Source: an uncultured Kordiimonas sp. (GTDB lineage Bacteria > Pseudomonadota > Alphaproteobacteria > Sphingomonadales > Kordiimonadaceae). From it: a stretch of DNA of 64,000 nt. This document shows, piece by piece, positions 48,592-61,860 of the stretch (the stretch's first letter is position 1; each line of letters begins with the position of its first letter). The translations under genes were made by a program, and so were the position numbers. Where the stretch lies: positions 550,152 to 614,151 of the forward strand of contig CANNEK010000001.1 of NCBI GenBank assembly GCA_947503625.1. Reading direction: 5' to 3'. Under the pieces are notes generated by a model. The model had not been told where the DNA came from. It saw only the letters and a list, made by a program, of their open reading frames with translations, and ran no database searches.

Positions 48592-49188
48592 TTACTCCGC
48601 TTCTGCAGTTTCGACAGCAGCCTCTTCGTCGTTGGCAGCGGCGGCTTTTACGTCACCGCGACGCGCTACGATATCAGCTACTTTTTTACCGCGTTTCGCA
48701 GCGATCTGACGAGGCGAGTTCTGCAGCGTCAACGCATTGAACGTTGCGCGAACCATGTTGTAAGGGTTTGAAGACCCTTGCGATTTGGTCACAACATCCT
48801 GTACGCCGAGCGCTTCAAACACCGCACGCATCGGACCACCAGCAATGATACCGGTACCGGCAACAGTCGTACGCAGCAGCACTTTACCAGCGCCGTGACG
48901 GCCCCGGATATCATGGTGCAGCGTACGGCCTTCCTTGAGCGGTACACGGATCATGTTTTTCTTGGCGGCTTCAGTTGCTTTGCGGATGGCTTCAGGAACT
49001 TCCCGAGCCTTACCTTTACCGAAACCGGCGCGACCGCGTTGGTCACCAACAACCACGAGGGCTGCAAAACCGAAACGACGACCACCTTTTACCACTTTGG
49101 CCACACGGTTAATGTGAACCAGCTTCTCAATCAATTCGCTTTCTTCGCGATTACCGCGTTCCTGGCGATTACGTTCTGGGCGTGCCAT
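48592..49188 (-). CDS. rpsE: 30S ribosomal protein S5
   Basis: [32 protein letters not shown]. Confidence 0.98.
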   Translation of the reverse strand: MARPERNRQERGNREESELIEKLVHINRVAKVVKGGRRFGFAALVVVGDQRGRAGFGKGKAREVPEAIRKATEAAKKNMIRVPLKEGRTLHHDIRGRHGAGKVLLRTTVAGTGIIAGGPMRAVFEALGVQDVVTKSQGSSNPYNMVRATFNALTLQNSPRQIAAKRGKKVADIVARRGDVKAAAANDEEAAVETAEAE

Positions 49189-49213
49189 GGGACATCCTTT
49201 TCCTTATCTCAGC

Positions 49214-49570
49214 CTAGAAATTCAAGCCGCCTTCGCGCGCTGCTTCAGCAAGAGCCTTAACCCGGCCATGGTAGAGAAAACCACCACGGTCGAAGACCAC
49301 TGATTCAACGCCCGCGGCCTTTGCTCGCTCGGCAATCAATTTTCCAACTTTTGATGCAGCTTCAACATTCGATGTTGCATCGCCCTTCAGGCCAGCGTCG
49401 AGAGTTGAAGCAGCGGCAAGTGTCGCTCCTTTAACATCGTCGATAACCTGCGCATAAATATGCTGGTTTGTCCGGTGGACAGAAAGACGCGGCCGCCCGG
49501 TGCTTGTTTTACTAAGCTGAGCCCGGTTGCGCTGGCGGCGTCGTTCAAAATTACTTGTGCTATTTGCCAT
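49214..49570 (-). CDS. rplR: 50S ribosomal protein L18
   Basis: [32 protein letters not shown]. Confidence 0.98.
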   Translation of the reverse strand: MANSTSNFERRRQRNRAQLSKTSTGRPRLSVHRTNQHIYAQVIDDVKGATLAAASTLDAGLKGDATSNVEAASKVGKLIAERAKAAGVESVVFDRGGFLYHGRVKALAEAAREGGLNF

Positions 49571-49582
49571 TGATGCCACCTA

Positions 49583-50116
49583 TTACTTCTTCTTACCTTC
49601 TTTGCGGAAGACATATTCGCCGTCATAACGAACACCCTTGCCTTTGTAGGGCTCAGGTTTGCGATATTCGCGGATCTTGGCTGCTGTTTCACCGACAAGC
49701 TGCTTGTCGATGCCAGAAACCACGACAGTCGTCTGATCAGGCGTTTCAATTTTAATGCCGGCTGGCACCGGGAAATTGATGTCATGGCTGAAACCAAGCT
49801 GAAGATTCAGCGCGGAGCCTTTCATCTGCGCCCTGTAACCAACACCCTGAAGAGCCAGTTTCTTAACGAAACCGTCCGTAACACCTTCAATCAGGTTGGA
49901 AATCATGGAACGCTGCATTCCCCACATAGAGCGGGCACGTTTGGTATCACTGGTGGGCTTCACGACGATTTTGTCGTCCTCATGTGACACTGTCACTTCA
50001 GGAACAAACGACATCGCCAGTTCACCTTTAGGGCCTTTAACCGACAGGTCGGTACCGTTAAGAGCAACGGTCACGCCGGACGGGATAGCCACTGGCTGTT
50101 TTCCGATACGGGACAT
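49583..50116 (-). CDS. rplF: 50S ribosomal protein L6
   Basis: MSRIGKQP, RKPEPYKGKG. Confidence 0.98.
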   Translation of the reverse strand: MSRIGKQPVAIPSGVTVALNGTDLSVKGPKGELAMSFVPEVTVSHEDDKIVVKPTSDTKRARSMWGMQRSMISNLIEGVTDGFVKKLALQGVGYRAQMKGSALNLQLGFSHDINFPVPAGIKIETPDQTTVVVSGIDKQLVGETAAKIREYRKPEPYKGKGVRYDGEYVFRKEGKKK

Positions 50117-50131
50117 TCTCGTTACCCTTCC

Positions 50132-50530
50132 TTAGAATACGGTGCAGAGAACTTCGCCGCCCACATTGTTCTCACGCGCTTCTGCGTCCGAGAGAACACC
50201 TTTCGGTGTGGAAACGATCGAAATTCCTAGGCCGTTATGAACACGTGGCAAATCACGAACAGAGCTGTATACGCGGCGACCTGGCTTCGACACACGATTA
50301 ATCGTGCGAATTACCGGCTCACCTTCCATATATTTCAGCTCGATAGAAAGTTCAGCTTTGTTTGCTTCACCTTCTGTCCGCGAATAACCGCGAATGTAAC
50401 CTTCGCGCTCAAGCACATCGAGAATGCGCTGGCGCGTTTTTGATGCTGGGGAAGACACAACAGTTTTACCTGCCATCAGGCCGTTGCGAATTCGGGTCAG
50501 CATATCAGCGATTGGATCGGTCATCGACAT
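50132..50530 (-). CDS. rpsH: 30S ribosomal protein S8
   Basis: [31 protein letters not shown]. Confidence 0.98.
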   Translation of the reverse strand: MSMTDPIADMLTRIRNGLMAGKTVVSSPASKTRQRILDVLEREGYIRGYSRTEGEANKAELSIELKYMEGEPVIRTINRVSKPGRRVYSSVRDLPRVHNGLGISIVSTPKGVLSDAEARENNVGGEVLCTVF

Positions 50531-50541
50531 CAGCTATCCCC

Positions 50542-50847
50542 TTACCAACTTGATTTAACGAGGCCTGGTACTTTGGCAGCAGAGCCGAGCTCACGCAGCG
50601 CAATACGAGACATCTTGAATTTACGATAGTAACCGCGCGGGCGACCAGTCACTTCGCAACGATTGCGAAGACGGGTTGCAGCACCGTCACGTGGAAGCGC
50701 AGCAAGCTGCAATGCAGCGAGCCAACGCTCGTCTTCAGACAAGCTCTTGTCGTAAACCTTTGCCTTCAGTTCAGCACGCTTTACAGCGAACTTGGCAACA
50801 GTCTTCTCACGACGCTTGTTTTTGTTAATGGCGCTCTTTTTAGCCAT
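50542..50847 (-). CDS. rpsN: 30S ribosomal protein S14 (101-aa, Zn-independent type)
   Basis: [17 protein letters not shown]...PGLVKSSW. Confidence 0.98.
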   Translation of the reverse strand: MAKKSAINKNKRREKTVAKFAVKRAELKAKVYDKSLSEDERWLAALQLAALPRDGAATRLRNRCEVTGRPRGYYRKFKMSRIALRELGSAAKVPGLVKSSW

Positions 50848-50866
50848 AATAAAACCCTCCTGCTAC

Positions 50867-51424
50867 CTAAGCTTTAAACGGCATATCGAAACCAGCGAGA
50901 AGCTCACGTGCTTCGTCGTCGGTCTGAGCCGTGGTGCAGATAATAATGTCCATCCCGCGAACCTGGTCTACGTTGTCGTAGCTGATTTCCGGGAATACAA
51001 GCTGTTCCTTAAGACCCATCGCATAGTTGCCGTTACCGTCAAACGACTTGGGGTTTACACCCTGGAAGTCACGGATACGCGGCATTGCGATAGTGATCAG
51101 GCGATCAAGAAATTCGTACATGCGCTCGGACCGCAAAGTAACTTTCGCACCGATTGGCATACCTTCACGGAGCTTGAAGCCCGCGATAGATTTGCGTGCA
51201 CGTGTAACAACAGGTTTCTGACCAGCGATCACAGCAATTTCTTCTGCGGCCTTGGCAACCTTCTTCTTGTCCTGAACGCCGTCGCGACCAACACCCATGT
51301 TGATTACGATCTTGTCCAGTTTTGGAACCTGCATTGGGTTTTTATAGCCGAACTTCTCCAAAAGAGACGCACGGACCTGATCTTCATACTTCGTACGAAG
51401 GCGTGGCATTTGCTTATCAGCCAT
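50867..51424 (-). CDS. rplE: 50S ribosomal protein L5
   Basis: [27 protein letters not shown]. Confidence 0.98.
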   Translation of the reverse strand: MADKQMPRLRTKYEDQVRASLLEKFGYKNPMQVPKLDKIVINMGVGRDGVQDKKKVAKAAEEIAVIAGQKPVVTRARKSIAGFKLREGMPIGAKVTLRSERMYEFLDRLITIAMPRIRDFQGVNPKSFDGNGNYAMGLKEQLVFPEISYDNVDQVRGMDIIICTTAQTDDEARELLAGFDMPFKA

Positions 51425-51734
51425 TGATCACCTCCCCAGACTTCTTGGCAAAACGAACTTTTTTACCATCGTCGGAAACTTTGAAACCAACACGGGAAGG
51501 TGCGCCATCTTTCGGATCTTCAATCATCAGATTGGAGAGCTGGATAGGAGCTTCCTTGGTATTAATACCACCCGCGCTTGTCTGCGTTGGACGGCTGTGA
51601 CGCTTAACAAGGTTTACACCCTGCACAACGGCCCGGCCTTCACTTGGCAGAACTGAAAGAATTTCGCCGCGCTTGCCTTTGTCTTTACCGGCAATCACAA
51701 CGACCTTATCGCCTTTTTTCAATTTAGCGGCCAT
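51417..51734 (-). CDS. rplX: 50S ribosomal protein L24
   Basis: [24 protein letters not shown]. Confidence 0.98.
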   Translation of the reverse strand: MAAKLKKGDKVVVIAGKDKGKRGEILSVLPSEGRAVVQGVNLVKRHSRPTQTSAGGINTKEAPIQLSNLMIEDPKDGAPSRVGFKVSDDGKKVRFAKKSGEVING

Positions 51735-52102
51735 TACAACACCTCCGGTGCAAGCGAGATAATTTTCATATGCTTCTTCGCACGCAGTTCACGCACAACC
51801 GGTCCGAAAATACGCGTACCGATTGGCTCATGGTTCTTGTTCACAAGCACAGCAGCGTTGTTATCGAAACGGATGGTAGTACCATCGTTGCGACGAACTT
51901 CTTTCGCTGTGCGAACGATAACGGCGCGATGCACGTCACCTTTCTTCACACGACCCCGCGGGATCGCTTCTTTGACTGAGACAACAATAATGTCGCCCAC
52001 TCCAGCTGTCTTACGTTTAGATCCACCAAGGACCTTTATGCACTGCACCCTCTTGGCCCCGGAGTTATCGGCCACGTCGAGGTTGGTTTGCATTTGAATC
52101 AT
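51734..52102 (-). CDS. rplN: 50S ribosomal protein L14
   Basis: [31 protein letters not shown]. Confidence 0.98.
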   Translation of the reverse strand: MIQMQTNLDVADNSGAKRVQCIKVLGGSKRKTAGVGDIIVVSVKEAIPRGRVKKGDVHRAVIVRTAKEVRRNDGTTIRFDNNAAVLVNKNHEPIGTRIFGPVVRELRAKKHMKIISLAPEVL

Positions 52103-52157
52103 GGGTTACACCCTTTTCTTCAATTAATGACTCGAACACACAACTGACGGCTGAGGC

Positions 52158-52394
52158 TTACGCCTCACCGCCAACTACGCGCCAAGTCTTCAGTTTCGAG
52201 ATAGGACGACACTCTTCAATACGAACAGTCTCGCCGACCTGAATTTCGTTGCTCTCATCGTGAGCGTGGTACTTCTTAGAGCGTCGAATAATTTTGTCAA
52301 GCAATGGATGCTTGATCCGACGTTCTACTTTCACAACAACGGTGTTTGTACCTTTGTCGCTTACGACCACACCTTGCAGAATACGCTTTGGCAT
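52158..52394 (-). CDS. rpsQ: 30S ribosomal protein S17
   Basis: [22 protein letters not shown]. Confidence 0.98.
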   Translation of the reverse strand: MPKRILQGVVVSDKGTNTVVVKVERRIKHPLLDKIIRRSKKYHAHDESNEIQVGETVRIEECRPISKLKTWRVVGGEA

Positions 52395-52404
52395 TGGTTT
52401 CTCC

Positions 52405-52596
52405 TTACGCCTCTGCTTGCTCAGCCAGGATCGTCTGGATGCGCGCTACATCGCGGCGCACCTGTTTGACCCGTGCTGTGTTTTCCAATTGGCCAGACGC
52501 AGCCTGAAAGCGCAGGTTGAACTGCTCTTTCTTCAGGCTGACAAGCTCGTCACGGAGCTCGTCTTGCGACTTGGCACGAAGATCTGCTGCCTTCAT
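52405..52596 (-). CDS. rpmC: 50S ribosomal protein L29
   Basis: [11 protein letters not shown]...[10 protein letters not shown]. Confidence 0.98.
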   Translation of the reverse strand: MKAADLRAKSQDELRDELVSLKKEQFNLRFQAASGQLENTARVKQVRRDVARIQTILAEQAEA

Positions 52597-52614
52597 CTTT
52601 AGTCTCCGTTTCGA

Positions 52615-53025
52615 TTAATGCATGCGCTCGACGATACGGCTTGCAACAGAAAGCTTTGCAGCTGCCCGTTCAAACGCACCGCGCGCGATTTCGTCTGAGA
52701 CACCGTCAATCTCGAACATGATGCGACCAGGTTTAACCTTGGCCACCCAACGATCGACGGAACCCTTACCTTTACCCATCCGAACTTCGGTAGGCTTCGC
52801 TGTCACTGGAACATCAGGGAAAATCCTGATCCAGACCTTACCAGACCGTTTCATGTGACGGTTGATGGCACGGCGAGCCGCCTCAATCTGACGAGCTGTT
52901 ACGCGGCCGGCTTGGGTTGCTTTCAAACCAAACTGACCAAAGTTCAAATCTGTTCCGCCCTTGGCATTGCCGTGGATACGGCCCTTGTGAGCCTTGCGGA
53001 ACTTTGTACGTTTCGGTTGCAACAT
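52615..53025 (-). CDS. rplP: 50S ribosomal protein L16
   Basis: [26 protein letters not shown]. Confidence 0.98.
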   Translation of the reverse strand: MLQPKRTKFRKAHKGRIHGNAKGGTDLNFGQFGLKATQAGRVTARQIEAARRAINRHMKRSGKVWIRIFPDVPVTAKPTEVRMGKGKGSVDRWVAKVKPGRIMFEIDGVSDEIARGAFERAAAKLSVASRIVERMH

Positions 53026-53057
53026 TGTCTGTGCTTCCTTCGACTAACCATCCCGGC

Positions 53058-53753
53058 CTAACGGCGGGATGGGCCACCCTGGCTTTGAACTTCGTTTGCA
53101 CGACGCTCGTGAGCCATTGGATCGTGTTCCATGATGTCGCCTTTGTAGACCCACACCTTGATGCCCGAGATGCCATAAGCAGTCAGAGCTTCGGCTACAC
53201 CGTAATCGATGTCAGCACGCAGGGTATGGAGTGGCACGCGACCTTCGCGGTACCATTCGGTACGAGCGATTTCAGCACCACCAAGACGGCCAGCACAATT
53301 GATACGAATACCGCCAGCACCAAGGCGCATCGCGCTTTGAACCGAACGCTTCATCGCGCGGCGGAAAGCCACACGGCGCTCAAGCTGCTGTGCAATGCCG
53401 TCTGCGATCAACTTGGCGTCAATCTCAGGCTTACGAACTTCAACAATGTTGAGGCTCACTTCCGCATCGGTTTTCCGCGCAATTTTCTGACGCAGTTTTT
53501 CGATGTCAGCGCCTTTTTTACCAATGATCACACCCGGACGAGCCGAATAGATCGTCACACGACATTTCTTGGCAGGTCGTTCGATCACCACTTTCGAGAT
53601 GCCAGCTTGTGACAGCTCTTTTTCGATGAACTCACGGATTTGAAGGTCTTCGTGGAGCATGGTGCCGTAGTCATCGCCTTCGGCATACCAGCGCGAGTCC
53701 CAGGTGCGGTTGACACCGAGGCGCAGACCTACTGGGCTTACTTTCTGACCCAT
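53058..53753 (-). CDS. rpsC: 30S ribosomal protein S3
   Basis: [43 protein letters not shown]. Confidence 0.98.
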   Translation of the reverse strand: MGQKVSPVGLRLGVNRTWDSRWYAEGDDYGTMLHEDLQIREFIEKELSQAGISKVVIERPAKKCRVTIYSARPGVIIGKKGADIEKLRQKIARKTDAEVSLNIVEVRKPEIDAKLIADGIAQQLERRVAFRRAMKRSVQSAMRLGAGGIRINCAGRLGGAEIARTEWYREGRVPLHTLRADIDYGVAEALTAYGISGIKVWVYKGDIMEHDPMAHERRANEVQSQGGPSRR

Positions 53754-54133
53754 TATGCAGTCTCCTCTACTTCACGCACGACAATGCGCAGACGACTGAA
53801 CGGCTTGACAATCTTGGCTGCACGACCACGGGCACGAGCACGAAACCGTTTCATGGTCAGTGCTTTACCTACAGTTGCTTCCGCCACGATCAGGCTGTCC
53901 ACATCAAGATTGTGGTTGTTTTCTGCGTTCGCAATTGCGGACTGCAGAACGTTTTTCACGTCAACGGCGTTACGACGGCGGTTGAAACTCAGAGAGTTCA
54001 GAGCTTTTTCCACTTTCATACCGCGGATTGAGGCTGCGACCAGGTTCAGTTTCTGGGGCGAGCCACGAAGCATGGTCGCAGTTGCGACAGCTTCATTATC
54101 CGCCAAACGGCGTTTTGCTGATTGCTTACCCAC
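53753..54133 (-). CDS. rplV: 50S ribosomal protein L22
   Basis: [25 protein letters not shown]. Confidence 0.98.
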   Translation of the reverse strand: MGKQSAKRRLADNEAVATATMLRGSPQKLNLVAASIRGMKVEKALNSLSFNRRRNAVDVKNVLQSAIANAENNHNLDVDSLIVAEATVGKALTMKRFRARARGRAAKIVKPFSRLRIVVREVEETA

Positions 54134-54135
54134 GA

Positions 54136-54417
54136 TTACTTCCTCTTCGCTTTCTTGTCCGCAGCGTGACCGTAGTAAGTCCGCGTTGGTGCGAATTCAC
54201 CCAGTTTGTGACCGACCATATCTTCGGTTACATACACAGGGATGAACTTCTTGCCGTTATAGACATTGAACGTAATGCCTACGAAGTCCGGCAAAATTGT
54301 CGACCGGCGGGACCAGGTCTGGATAACTGCCGCCGATTTGCCACTTTCTTGAGCTGCTTCCACCTTCTTGAGAAGATGCATATCAACGAAAGGGCCTTTC
54401 CATACAGAGCGTGCCAT
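54136..54417 (-). CDS. rpsS: 30S ribosomal protein S19
   Basis: [27 protein letters not shown]. Confidence 0.98.
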   Translation of the reverse strand: MARSVWKGPFVDMHLLKKVEAAQESGKSAAVIQTWSRRSTILPDFVGITFNVYNGKKFIPVYVTEDMVGHKLGEFAPTRTYYGHAADKKAKRK

Positions 54418-54430
54418 AATTCAGGCCTCC

Positions 54431-55267
54431 TTAACGTTTCTTGCGCTCGTGGCGCGACCGGATGATAAGCTTGTCTGTCGCTTTATTAGAGCGAGTACGC
54501 TTACCTTTAGTTGGCTTGCCCCAGGGCGTCACAGGGTGACGACCACCAGAGGTCCGACCTTCACCACCACCGTGTGGGTGATCCACAGGGTTCATGGCAA
54601 CACCACGAACACTTGGACGTTTACCCAACCAGCGGTTCCGACCCGCTTTAGCGAGCTTGATGTTTTGGTTGTCTGGGTTCGAAACAGCGCCAACAGTTGC
54701 AACGCACTCGCCGCGAACGACGCGAACTTCGCCTGAACTCAGGCGGAGCTGTGCGTAACCACGGTCACGACCGATCAACTGGGCATAGGTGCCAGCTGAG
54801 CGAGCGATCTGACCGCCCTTGCCTGCTTTCATCTCCACATTGTGGATGATGGTGCCAACAGGCATGTTGGAAAGACGCATAACATTACCTGGCTTTACGT
54901 CGGTTTTTTCTGCAGCGATTACTGTATCGCCCGGAGCCAACCGCTGAGGTGCAAGGATGTATGCAAGCTCACCGTCTTCGTATTTGATCAACGCGATGAA
55001 TGCGGTGCGGTTTGGATCGTACTCAAGACGCTCCACAGTCGCAGCCATATTCCATTTAGTGCGTTTGAAATCGATTTTCCGGTAGGTACGCTTGTGACCA
55101 CCACCAATGCGACGTGCAGTGATGCGGCCCGTGTTATTGCGGCCACCGGATTTGGTCAAACCTTCTGTCAGCGCTTTGACAGGCTTGCCCTTGTGAAGAC
55201 CTTCACGGTCAACAAGAACGAGGCCACGCTGAGATGGAGTAACCGGTTTATATTGCTTCAATGCCAT
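54431..55267 (-). CDS. rplB: 50S ribosomal protein L2
   Basis: [34 protein letters not shown]. Confidence 0.98.
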   Translation of the reverse strand: MALKQYKPVTPSQRGLVLVDREGLHKGKPVKALTEGLTKSGGRNNTGRITARRIGGGHKRTYRKIDFKRTKWNMAATVERLEYDPNRTAFIALIKYEDGELAYILAPQRLAPGDTVIAAEKTDVKPGNVMRLSNMPVGTIIHNVEMKAGKGGQIARSAGTYAQLIGRDRGYAQLRLSSGEVRVVRGECVATVGAVSNPDNQNIKLAKAGRNRWLGKRPSVRGVAMNPVDHPHGGGEGRTSGGRHPVTPWGKPTKGKRTRSNKATDKLIIRSRHERKKR

Positions 55268-55270
55268 CGG

Positions 55271-55567
55271 TTAAACTCCCGTCGTCACATCAATGCTGTT
55301 ACCTTCAGCAAGCGTGACCATGGCTTTTTTGTATTCGGCGCGTTTGCCTTTAACACCACGGAAACGTTTGATCTTGCCTTCTTGGCGCAGCGTGTTGACC
55401 TTGGTAACTTTCACGTCGAACAATGCTTCGACAGCCTTCTTGATTTCAGGCTTGGTCGCATCAATCGCTACTTTGAAAGTAACCTGGTTGTTTTCAGAAC
55501 CAAGTGTCGCCTTCTCGGTGATAACCGGGCTCTTGATAACGTCATAATGCTTTACGTTACTTGTCAT
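55271..55567 (-). CDS. rplW: 50S ribosomal protein L23
   Basis: [29 protein letters not shown]. Confidence 0.98.
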   Translation of the reverse strand: MTSNVKHYDVIKSPVITEKATLGSENNQVTFKVAIDATKPEIKKAVEALFDVKVTKVNTLRQEGKIKRFRGVKGKRAEYKKAMVTLAEGNSIDVTTGV

Positions 55568-56184
55568 TTGAGCCTCTCCCCGAGCTTCTCAACGGCAGCC
55601 TTGGTGAGAACCAGTGTGTTACGACGAAGAATGTCGTAAACGTTGGCGCCCTGCGCTGGCAGTACGTCGACATTTGGGATGTTCTGAGCGGCACGGAGGA
55701 AATTTTCATTCACTTCTGCACCATCAACAAACAGAGCGTTGGTCAAACCAAGTTTCTCAAGCTTCGCCTGAAGATCTTTTGTTTTACCGTCTTTGAGCTC
55801 TGCAGCATCAACAACAATGAGTTTACCTTCCGCTTGCTTGGCAGAGAGCGCGCTCTTTAGACCAAGTTTGCGAACTTTTTTCGGCAGGCTGAAGCCATGA
55901 TCCCGAGGGATAGGGCCAAAAGCACGACCACCACCAACAAAGATGTTGGAGCGGCGCGAACCGTGACGGGCTGTACCGCCACCTTTTTGACGGCCAAACC
56001 GTGCACCGGTGCGAGACACATCGGAACGGAACTGCACTGCGTGCGTTCCTGCGCGGCGCTTTGCCAGCTGCCAGTTGACAACGCGGTGCAGAATGTCTGC
56101 ACGCGCTGATACACCAAAGATCGCCTCATCTAGATCGATATCGCCGGCTTTCTTGGCGTCTAATGTAAGGACGTTCGTCTTCAT
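55564..56184 (-). CDS. rplD: 50S ribosomal protein L4
   Basis: [25 protein letters not shown]; ATG at 56184 just after the rplC stop. Confidence 0.98.
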   Translation of the reverse strand: MKTNVLTLDAKKAGDIDLDEAIFGVSARADILHRVVNWQLAKRRAGTHAVQFRSDVSRTGARFGRQKGGGTARHGSRRSNIFVGGGRAFGPIPRDHGFSLPKKVRKLGLKSALSAKQAEGKLIVVDAAELKDGKTKDLQAKLEKLGLTNALFVDGAEVNENFLRAAQNIPNVDVLPAQGANVYDILRRNTLVLTKAAVEKLGERLK

Positions 56185-56188
56185 TGAC

Positions 56189-56947
56189 TTATTCCTCGCC
56201 TGCTTCGGCTGCATCAGCAGCTTCTGCCGGTGCTTCAGCAGGTGCTTCTTCAGCAACTTCTTCAGCTTTACCTGGCATACGGAACGCAGCAGGCATTGGC
56301 AGATCTGCCGGAGCAGCTTTCTTGGCAGCGTCTGAAACGAGAACCCAACCCTCTTTCGAGCCTGGCAGACCGCCTTTTACAAGGAGCAGTCCGTCGTCAA
56401 CACGTGCCTCTACAATTTCAAGGTTCTGAACAGTTGAACGGGCATCACCCATGTGACCAGCCATCTTCTTACCCTTGAACACGCGGCCCGGGTCTTGACA
56501 CTGACCGGTAGAACCATGTGAACGGTGAGAGATAGAGACACCGTGTGACGCACGAAGACCACCAAAGTTGTGGCGCTTCATCGCTCCAGCAAAACCTTTA
56601 CCTTTGCTTGTGCCAACCACATCAACATACTGGCCGGGAACAAAGTGATCTGCCGTCAGTTCTGCGCCAACCTCAACAAGAGCGTCTTCACTTACACGAA
56701 ACTCAGCCACTTTTGCTTTGGGCTCAACTTCTGCTTTGGCGAAGTGGCCGCGCTGAGCTTTGGACACATTCTTTACCTTGCGGTTTCCAGCGCCCAGTTG
56801 GAGAGCTGTGTAACCATCTTTTTCTGTCGTACGCTGAGCAACAACCTGACAGCCTTCCAGCTGCAGAACTGTTACCGGTACGTGATGACCGCGCTCGTTA
56901 AAGACACGAGTCATACCCAATTTCTTTGCAATCAAACCTGTACGCAT
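56189..56947 (-). CDS. rplC: 50S ribosomal protein L3
   Basis: [44 protein letters not shown]. Confidence 0.98.
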   Translation of the reverse strand: MRTGLIAKKLGMTRVFNERGHHVPVTVLQLEGCQVVAQRTTEKDGYTALQLGAGNRKVKNVSKAQRGHFAKAEVEPKAKVAEFRVSEDALVEVGAELTADHFVPGQYVDVVGTSKGKGFAGAMKRHNFGGLRASHGVSISHRSHGSTGQCQDPGRVFKGKKMAGHMGDARSTVQNLEIVEARVDDGLLLVKGGLPGSKEGWVLVSDAAKKAAPADLPMPAAFRMPGKAEEVAEEAPAEAPAEAADAAEAGEE

Positions 56948-56952
56948 GGGTC

Positions 56953-57267
56953 TTATCCTTGCAGTTTGATTTCAACGTCAACACCGGCAGACAGATCGAG
57001 CTTCATCAGCGCGTCTACAGTCTGTGGTGTTGGGTCAACGATATCGAGCAAACGTTTGTGCGTACGCATTTCGAATTGTTCACGAGATTTCTTGTTCACA
57101 TGTGGTGAACGCAGAACGGTGAACTTTTCGATTCTGGTTGGCATCGGGATAGGCCCGCGAACCAGTGCGCCCGTACGCTTTGCCGTGTTGGCGATTTCAC
57201 CAGTGGCTTGATCAAGCACACGGTGGTCAAATGCCTTCAGGCGGATGCGAATATTTTGCGCTTCCAT
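56953..57267 (-). CDS. rpsJ: 30S ribosomal protein S10
   Basis: [31 protein letters not shown]. Confidence 0.98.
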   Translation of the reverse strand: MEAQNIRIRLKAFDHRVLDQATGEIANTAKRTGALVRGPIPMPTRIEKFTVLRSPHVNKKSREQFEMRTHKRLLDIVDPTPQTVDALMKLDLSAGVDVEIKLQG

Positions 57268-57289
57268 TGTTCTACTACCTTAATAAACG

Positions 57290-57315
57290 AGGCACCGGTA
57301 CGAAGACCGGTGCCT
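57290..57315 (-). other. Stable hairpin between tuf and rpsJ
   Basis: AGGCACCGGT-CTTCGT-ACCGGTGCCT, perfect 10-bp stem, weak U tract. Confidence 0.75.
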
Positions 57316-57323
57316 GAATTCCA

Positions 57324-58514
57324 CTATTCGATGATTTTAGCGACGACGCCGGCGCCGACGGTACGCCCACCTTCGCGGATAGCGAAGCGCAGGCCCTCGT
57401 CCATGGCGATCGGAGCAATCAGCTCAACCGTCAGGTTCACATTGTCACCAGGCATAACCATCTCTGTGCCGGAAGGCAGCTCAACGTTGCCGGTAACATC
57501 CGTTGTACGGAAGTAGAACTGAGGACGGTAGTTCGCAAAGAACGGCGTGTGACGGCCACCCTCTTCCTTGGTCAGGATGTAAGTCTCTGCTGTGAACTTC
57601 GTGTGCGGTGTGATCGAACCAGTGTGTGCCAGAACCTGACCACGCTCGATATCGTCACGCGCAACACCACGCAGCAGTGCACCAATGTTATCGCCAGCAC
57701 GACCTTCGTCCAGAAGCTTGCGGAACATCTCAACACCCGTGATCGTCGTTTTCGTTGTATCCTTGATACCAACAATCTCGATCTCTTCACCAACCTTGAC
57801 GATACCGCGCTCAACACGACCCGTCGCAACAGTACCACGGCCAGAGATAGAGAACACATCCTCAACAGGCATCAGGAACGCACCATCAATCGCACGCTCA
57901 GGCATCGGGATGTACTCGTCAACAGCAGCCATCAGCTCAAGGATCTTCTCTTTACCAATGTTGTCGTCACGGCCTTCAAGCGCTGCAAGAGCAGAACCGG
58001 CAATGATCGGAATATCGTCACCAGGGAAGTCGTATTCGCTCAAAAGCTCGCGGATTTCCATCTCGACAAGCTCAAGAAGCTCTTCGTCGTCAACCTGATC
58101 AACCTTGTTCATGAAAACAACAAGGGCCGGCACACCAACCTGACGCGCAAGCAGGATGTGCTCACGGGTCTGCGGCATAGGACCATCTGCTGCGTTCACA
58201 ACAAGAATACCACCATCCATCTGTGCAGCACCCGTGATCATGTTCTTCACATAATCAGCGTGACCAGGGCAGTCAACGTGCGCATAGTGGCGGTTCTCTG
58301 TTTCATACTCAACGTGCGCCGTCGAAATCGTGATACCACGCTCACGCTCCTCAGGGGCCTTGTCAATGTTCGCAAAATCAACAGCTTCGCCGCCGCCAAC
58401 TTCTGCAAGTACCTTCGTAATCGCCGCCGTCAACGTTGTCTTACCATGGTCAACGTGACCAATCGTGCCAACGTTACAGTGTGGCTTATTACGCTCAAAC
58501 TTCTCTTTAGCCAT
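57324..58514 (-). CDS. tuf: Elongation factor Tu
   Basis: [35 protein letters not shown]. Confidence 0.99.
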   Translation of the reverse strand: MAKEKFERNKPHCNVGTIGHVDHGKTTLTAAITKVLAEVGGGEAVDFANIDKAPEERERGITISTAHVEYETENRHYAHVDCPGHADYVKNMITGAAQMDGGILVVNAADGPMPQTREHILLARQVGVPALVVFMNKVDQVDDEELLELVEMEIRELLSEYDFPGDDIPIIAGSALAALEGRDDNIGKEKILELMAAVDEYIPMPERAIDGAFLMPVEDVFSISGRGTVATGRVERGIVKVGEEIEIVGIKDTTKTTITGVEMFRKLLDEGRAGDNIGALLRGVARDDIERGQVLAHTGSITPHTKFTAETYILTKEEGGRHTPFFANYRPQFYFRTTDVTGNVELPSGTEMVMPGDNVNLTVELIAPIAMDEGLRFAIREGGRTVGAGVVAKIIE

Positions 58515-58581
58515 TGTAGTCTACCTTTCTATCGGCCCTTGTATTCCCAAGGGGTCCATAACGCTTTTTTGTTGTTAGTCC

Positions 58582-60663
58582 TTAACCAGCAAGCTTCGCT
58601 TTAACTTCTTCAGCTACGGCTTGTGGTACTCCGTCGTAATGGTCAAACTGCATAGAGAACGTTGCCCGGCCCTGCGAGAAAGAGCGAAGCTCATTCACGT
58701 AACCAAACATGTTCGCCAGTGGAACCATTGCATTGATAACCGTGTTCGGACCGCGGGTTTCCGAACCCTGGATCTGACCACGACGTTTGTTCAGGTCGCC
58801 AATTACGTCACCCATGTAATCTTCAGGGGTCACAACCTCGACCTTCATGATCGGCTCAAGAAGTTTGATACCAGCCTGCGCCGCCGCTTCCCGGGTCGCA
58901 CCCCGACCGGCAATTTCAAACGCAAGAACGCTTGAATCCACGTCGTGATAGCTACCGTCATAAAGACGTACCGAGAAATCGATGATCGGGAAGCCGATCA
59001 GCGCGCCGCTCTCGGCAATATCCTTGATGCCTTTTTCAACGCCAGGGATGTATTCCTTCGGAATATTACCGCCCTTGATTTCATCAATGAATTCAAAGCC
59101 GGAACCACGCTCACCCGGTGTGACAACCATCTTCACGCGACCAAACTGCCCGGAACCACCAGACTGCTTCTTGTGCGTGTAATCAATATCTACTTCTTTG
59201 GCGAAGCTCTCGCGGTACGCAACCTGAGGCGCACCAACGCTACACTCGACCTTGAACTCGCGCTTCATGCGATCAACAAGAATGTCGAGATGCAGCTCGC
59301 CCATGCCGGAGATAACGGTCTGGCCACTTTCCTCATCAGAGGCAACGCGGAAACTTGGATCCTCTGCCGCCAAACGATTCAGGGCAATACCCATCTTCTC
59401 CTGGTCAGCTTTGGTTTTAGGCTCAACCGCAACGGAAATAACCGGATCAGGGAATTCCATGCGCTCCAGAATAACCTGGCTGTTGTTGGCGCAAAGAGTA
59501 TCACCTGTAGTTGTCGACTTAAGACCTGCAAGCGCGATGATGTCACCGGCACGTGCTTCTTTGAGGTCTTCACGGTTGTTCGCGTGCATCTCAAGCATAC
59601 GGCCAACTTTTTCTTTCCGCTGCTTCACAGAGTTCATTACCTGCGTACCAGTTTCCAGAACACCAGAATAAATGCGCGCAAATGTCAACGTACCCACAAA
59701 CGGATCGTTCATGATCTTGAAGGCAAGAGCAGAAAATGGCTCGTCATCATCAGACTTACGAACGATCTCTTTGCCTGTATCGTGCGCATCAACACCGTTG
59801 ATCGCAGCAACGTCAGTCGGCGCAGGCATGAAATCAACCACAGCATCAAGAAGTGGCTGAACACCTTTGTTCTTGAACGCCGTACCATTGAGAACCGGAA
59901 CAAACTCACCAGCAATTGTACCTTTGCGGATAGCAGACTTCAGCTCGTCTTCGCTAATGTCCTCACCCTCAAGATATTTTTCCATCAGGTCTTCATCAGC
60001 TTCTACAGCGGTTTCGATCATTTCCATGCGAGCAGCTTCGGCGGCATCGGCAAGTTCCGGGCGGATGTCTACATATTCGTATGACGCGCCAAGATCTTCA
60101 CCCTTCCAGAGAACTTCCTTGTTCTTCACAAGGTCGATCAGGCCCTCGTACTGTGCTTCCGCACCGATTGGCAGCTGAATAACGAGCGCACGAGCACCAA
60201 GGCGATCTTTGATCATGTCAACACAGCGTTCGAAGTTCGCACCCATGCGGTCCATCTTGTTGACAAAGCACATGCGTGGAACGCCGTACTTGTCAGCCTG
60301 ACGCCAAACAGTCTCGGACTGAGGCTCAACACCGGCAACCGAGTCGAATACAGCAACAGCACCATCAAGCACACGCAAGCTCCGCTCAACTTCAATCGTG
60401 AAGTCAACGTGGCCAGGCGTATCAATGATGTTAATGCGGTGGTCATTCCAGAAACATGTTGTCGCAGCAGAAGTAATCGTAATACCCCGCTCCTGCTCCT
60501 GCTCCATCCAGTCCATAGTCGCGCCGCCATCGTGCACTTCGCCGATTTTGTGGCTACGGCCTGTGTAATAGAGGACACGTTCTGTTGTCGTTGTTTTACC
60601 CGCATCGATGTGTGCCATGATGCCGATGTTGCGATAATCGCTAAGTGGCGTTCTGCGTGCCAT
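58582..60663 (-). CDS. fusA: Elongation factor G
   Basis: [37 protein letters not shown]. Confidence 0.99.
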   Translation of the reverse strand: MARRTPLSDYRNIGIMAHIDAGKTTTTERVLYYTGRSHKIGEVHDGGATMDWMEQEQERGITITSAATTCFWNDHRINIIDTPGHVDFTIEVERSLRVLDGAVAVFDSVAGVEPQSETVWRQADKYGVPRMCFVNKMDRMGANFERCVDMIKDRLGARALVIQLPIGAEAQYEGLIDLVKNKEVLWKGEDLGASYEYVDIRPELADAAEAARMEMIETAVEADEDLMEKYLEGEDISEDELKSAIRKGTIAGEFVPVLNGTAFKNKGVQPLLDAVVDFMPAPTDVAAINGVDAHDTGKEIVRKSDDDEPFSALAFKIMNDPFVGTLTFARIYSGVLETGTQVMNSVKQRKEKVGRMLEMHANNREDLKEARAGDIIALAGLKSTTTGDTLCANNSQVILERMEFPDPVISVAVEPKTKADQEKMGIALNRLAAEDPSFRVASDEESGQTVISGMGELHLDILVDRMKREFKVECSVGAPQVAYRESFAKEVDIDYTHKKQSGGSGQFGRVKMVVTPGERGSGFEFIDEIKGGNIPKEYIPGVEKGIKDIAESGALIGFPIIDFSVRLYDGSYHDVDSSVLAFEIAGRGATREAAAQAGIKLLEPIMKVEVVTPEDYMGDVIGDLNKRRGQIQGSETRGPNTVINAMVPLANMFGYVNELRSFSQGRATFSMQFDHYDGVPQAVAEEVKAKLAG

Positions 60664-60686
60664 GATCCTGATCCTGACTAACTATC

Positions 60687-61160
<474 letters not shown>

Positions 61161-61178
61161 TTAATTCCTTCTTCAATC

Positions 61179-61550
61179 TTACTTTGGACGCTTGGTGCCG
61201 TATTTGGAACGAGCTTGGCGACGATCAGAGACGCCCTGGGTATCAAGCACACCACGAAGAGTGTGGTAGCGAACACCAGGCAAATCCTTGACACGACCAC
61301 CGCGAATAAGAACAACAGAGTGTTCTTGCAGGTTGTGACCCTCACCAGGGATGTAAGATGTCACTTCGTGACCGTTAGAAAGGCGAACACGAGCTACTTT
61401 ACGCAGCGCCGAGTTAGGCTTCTTTGGAGTCGTTGTATAAACACGTGTGCAAACACCGCGCTTTTGCGGGCATGCTTCAAGCGCGGGCACTTTATTGTGC
61501 ACTGGCTTGCTTTTGCGCGATTTGCGCACAAGTTGGTTAATGGTAGGCAT
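61179..61550 (-). CDS. rpsL: 30S ribosomal protein S12
   Basis: [31 protein letters not shown]; true start ATG 61550. Confidence 0.99.
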   Translation of the reverse strand: MPTINQLVRKSRKSKPVHNKVPALEACPQKRGVCTRVYTTTPKKPNSALRKVARVRLSNGHEVTSYIPGEGHNLQEHSVVLIRGGRVKDLPGVRYHTLRGVLDTQGVSDRRQARSKYGTKRPK

Positions 61551-61744
61551 TTTTGTTCCTTGCCGTTTTTCTCTGTCACCATCACTCCAGACAACCTGTT
61601 TTGCATGCAGCAAAAACAACCTCAATCGGCAGCTTTTTTGCTCCAATCAGGTTATCCGGATCGATTCTAAATTTACTCTCTTAGCCAGCAAACCCCAGCG
61701 TCTAGGCCGATTTGGCCTACCACCTGAGCTCTGGCGAGGTGCGC

Positions 61745-61773
61745 TTACTACAGCGAAACTTGAGAAACGTCAA
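61745..61773 (-). promoter_or_regulatory. Sigma70 promoter of the str operon
   Basis: TTGACG-N17-TAGTAA, implying a 5' leader of about 190 nt. Confidence 0.7.
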
Positions 61774-61860
61774 TCAAAAAGCGCGGTTTAATTTTCACGT
61801 AATCAATGCCCGCTCAATTGGTCATCCTGATCGAAAGTGTATGACACAACCAAATCGACT

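Noticed and set aside
57549-60084. Long plus-strand ORFs (351 aa and 379 aa) opposite tuf and fusA
   Set aside because: Antisense shadows of highly codon-biased genes with no protein-like features
61179-61550. Streptomycin-resistance substitutions in S12
   Set aside because: PKKPNS and RVKDLPG are wild-type at the K43 and K88 positions
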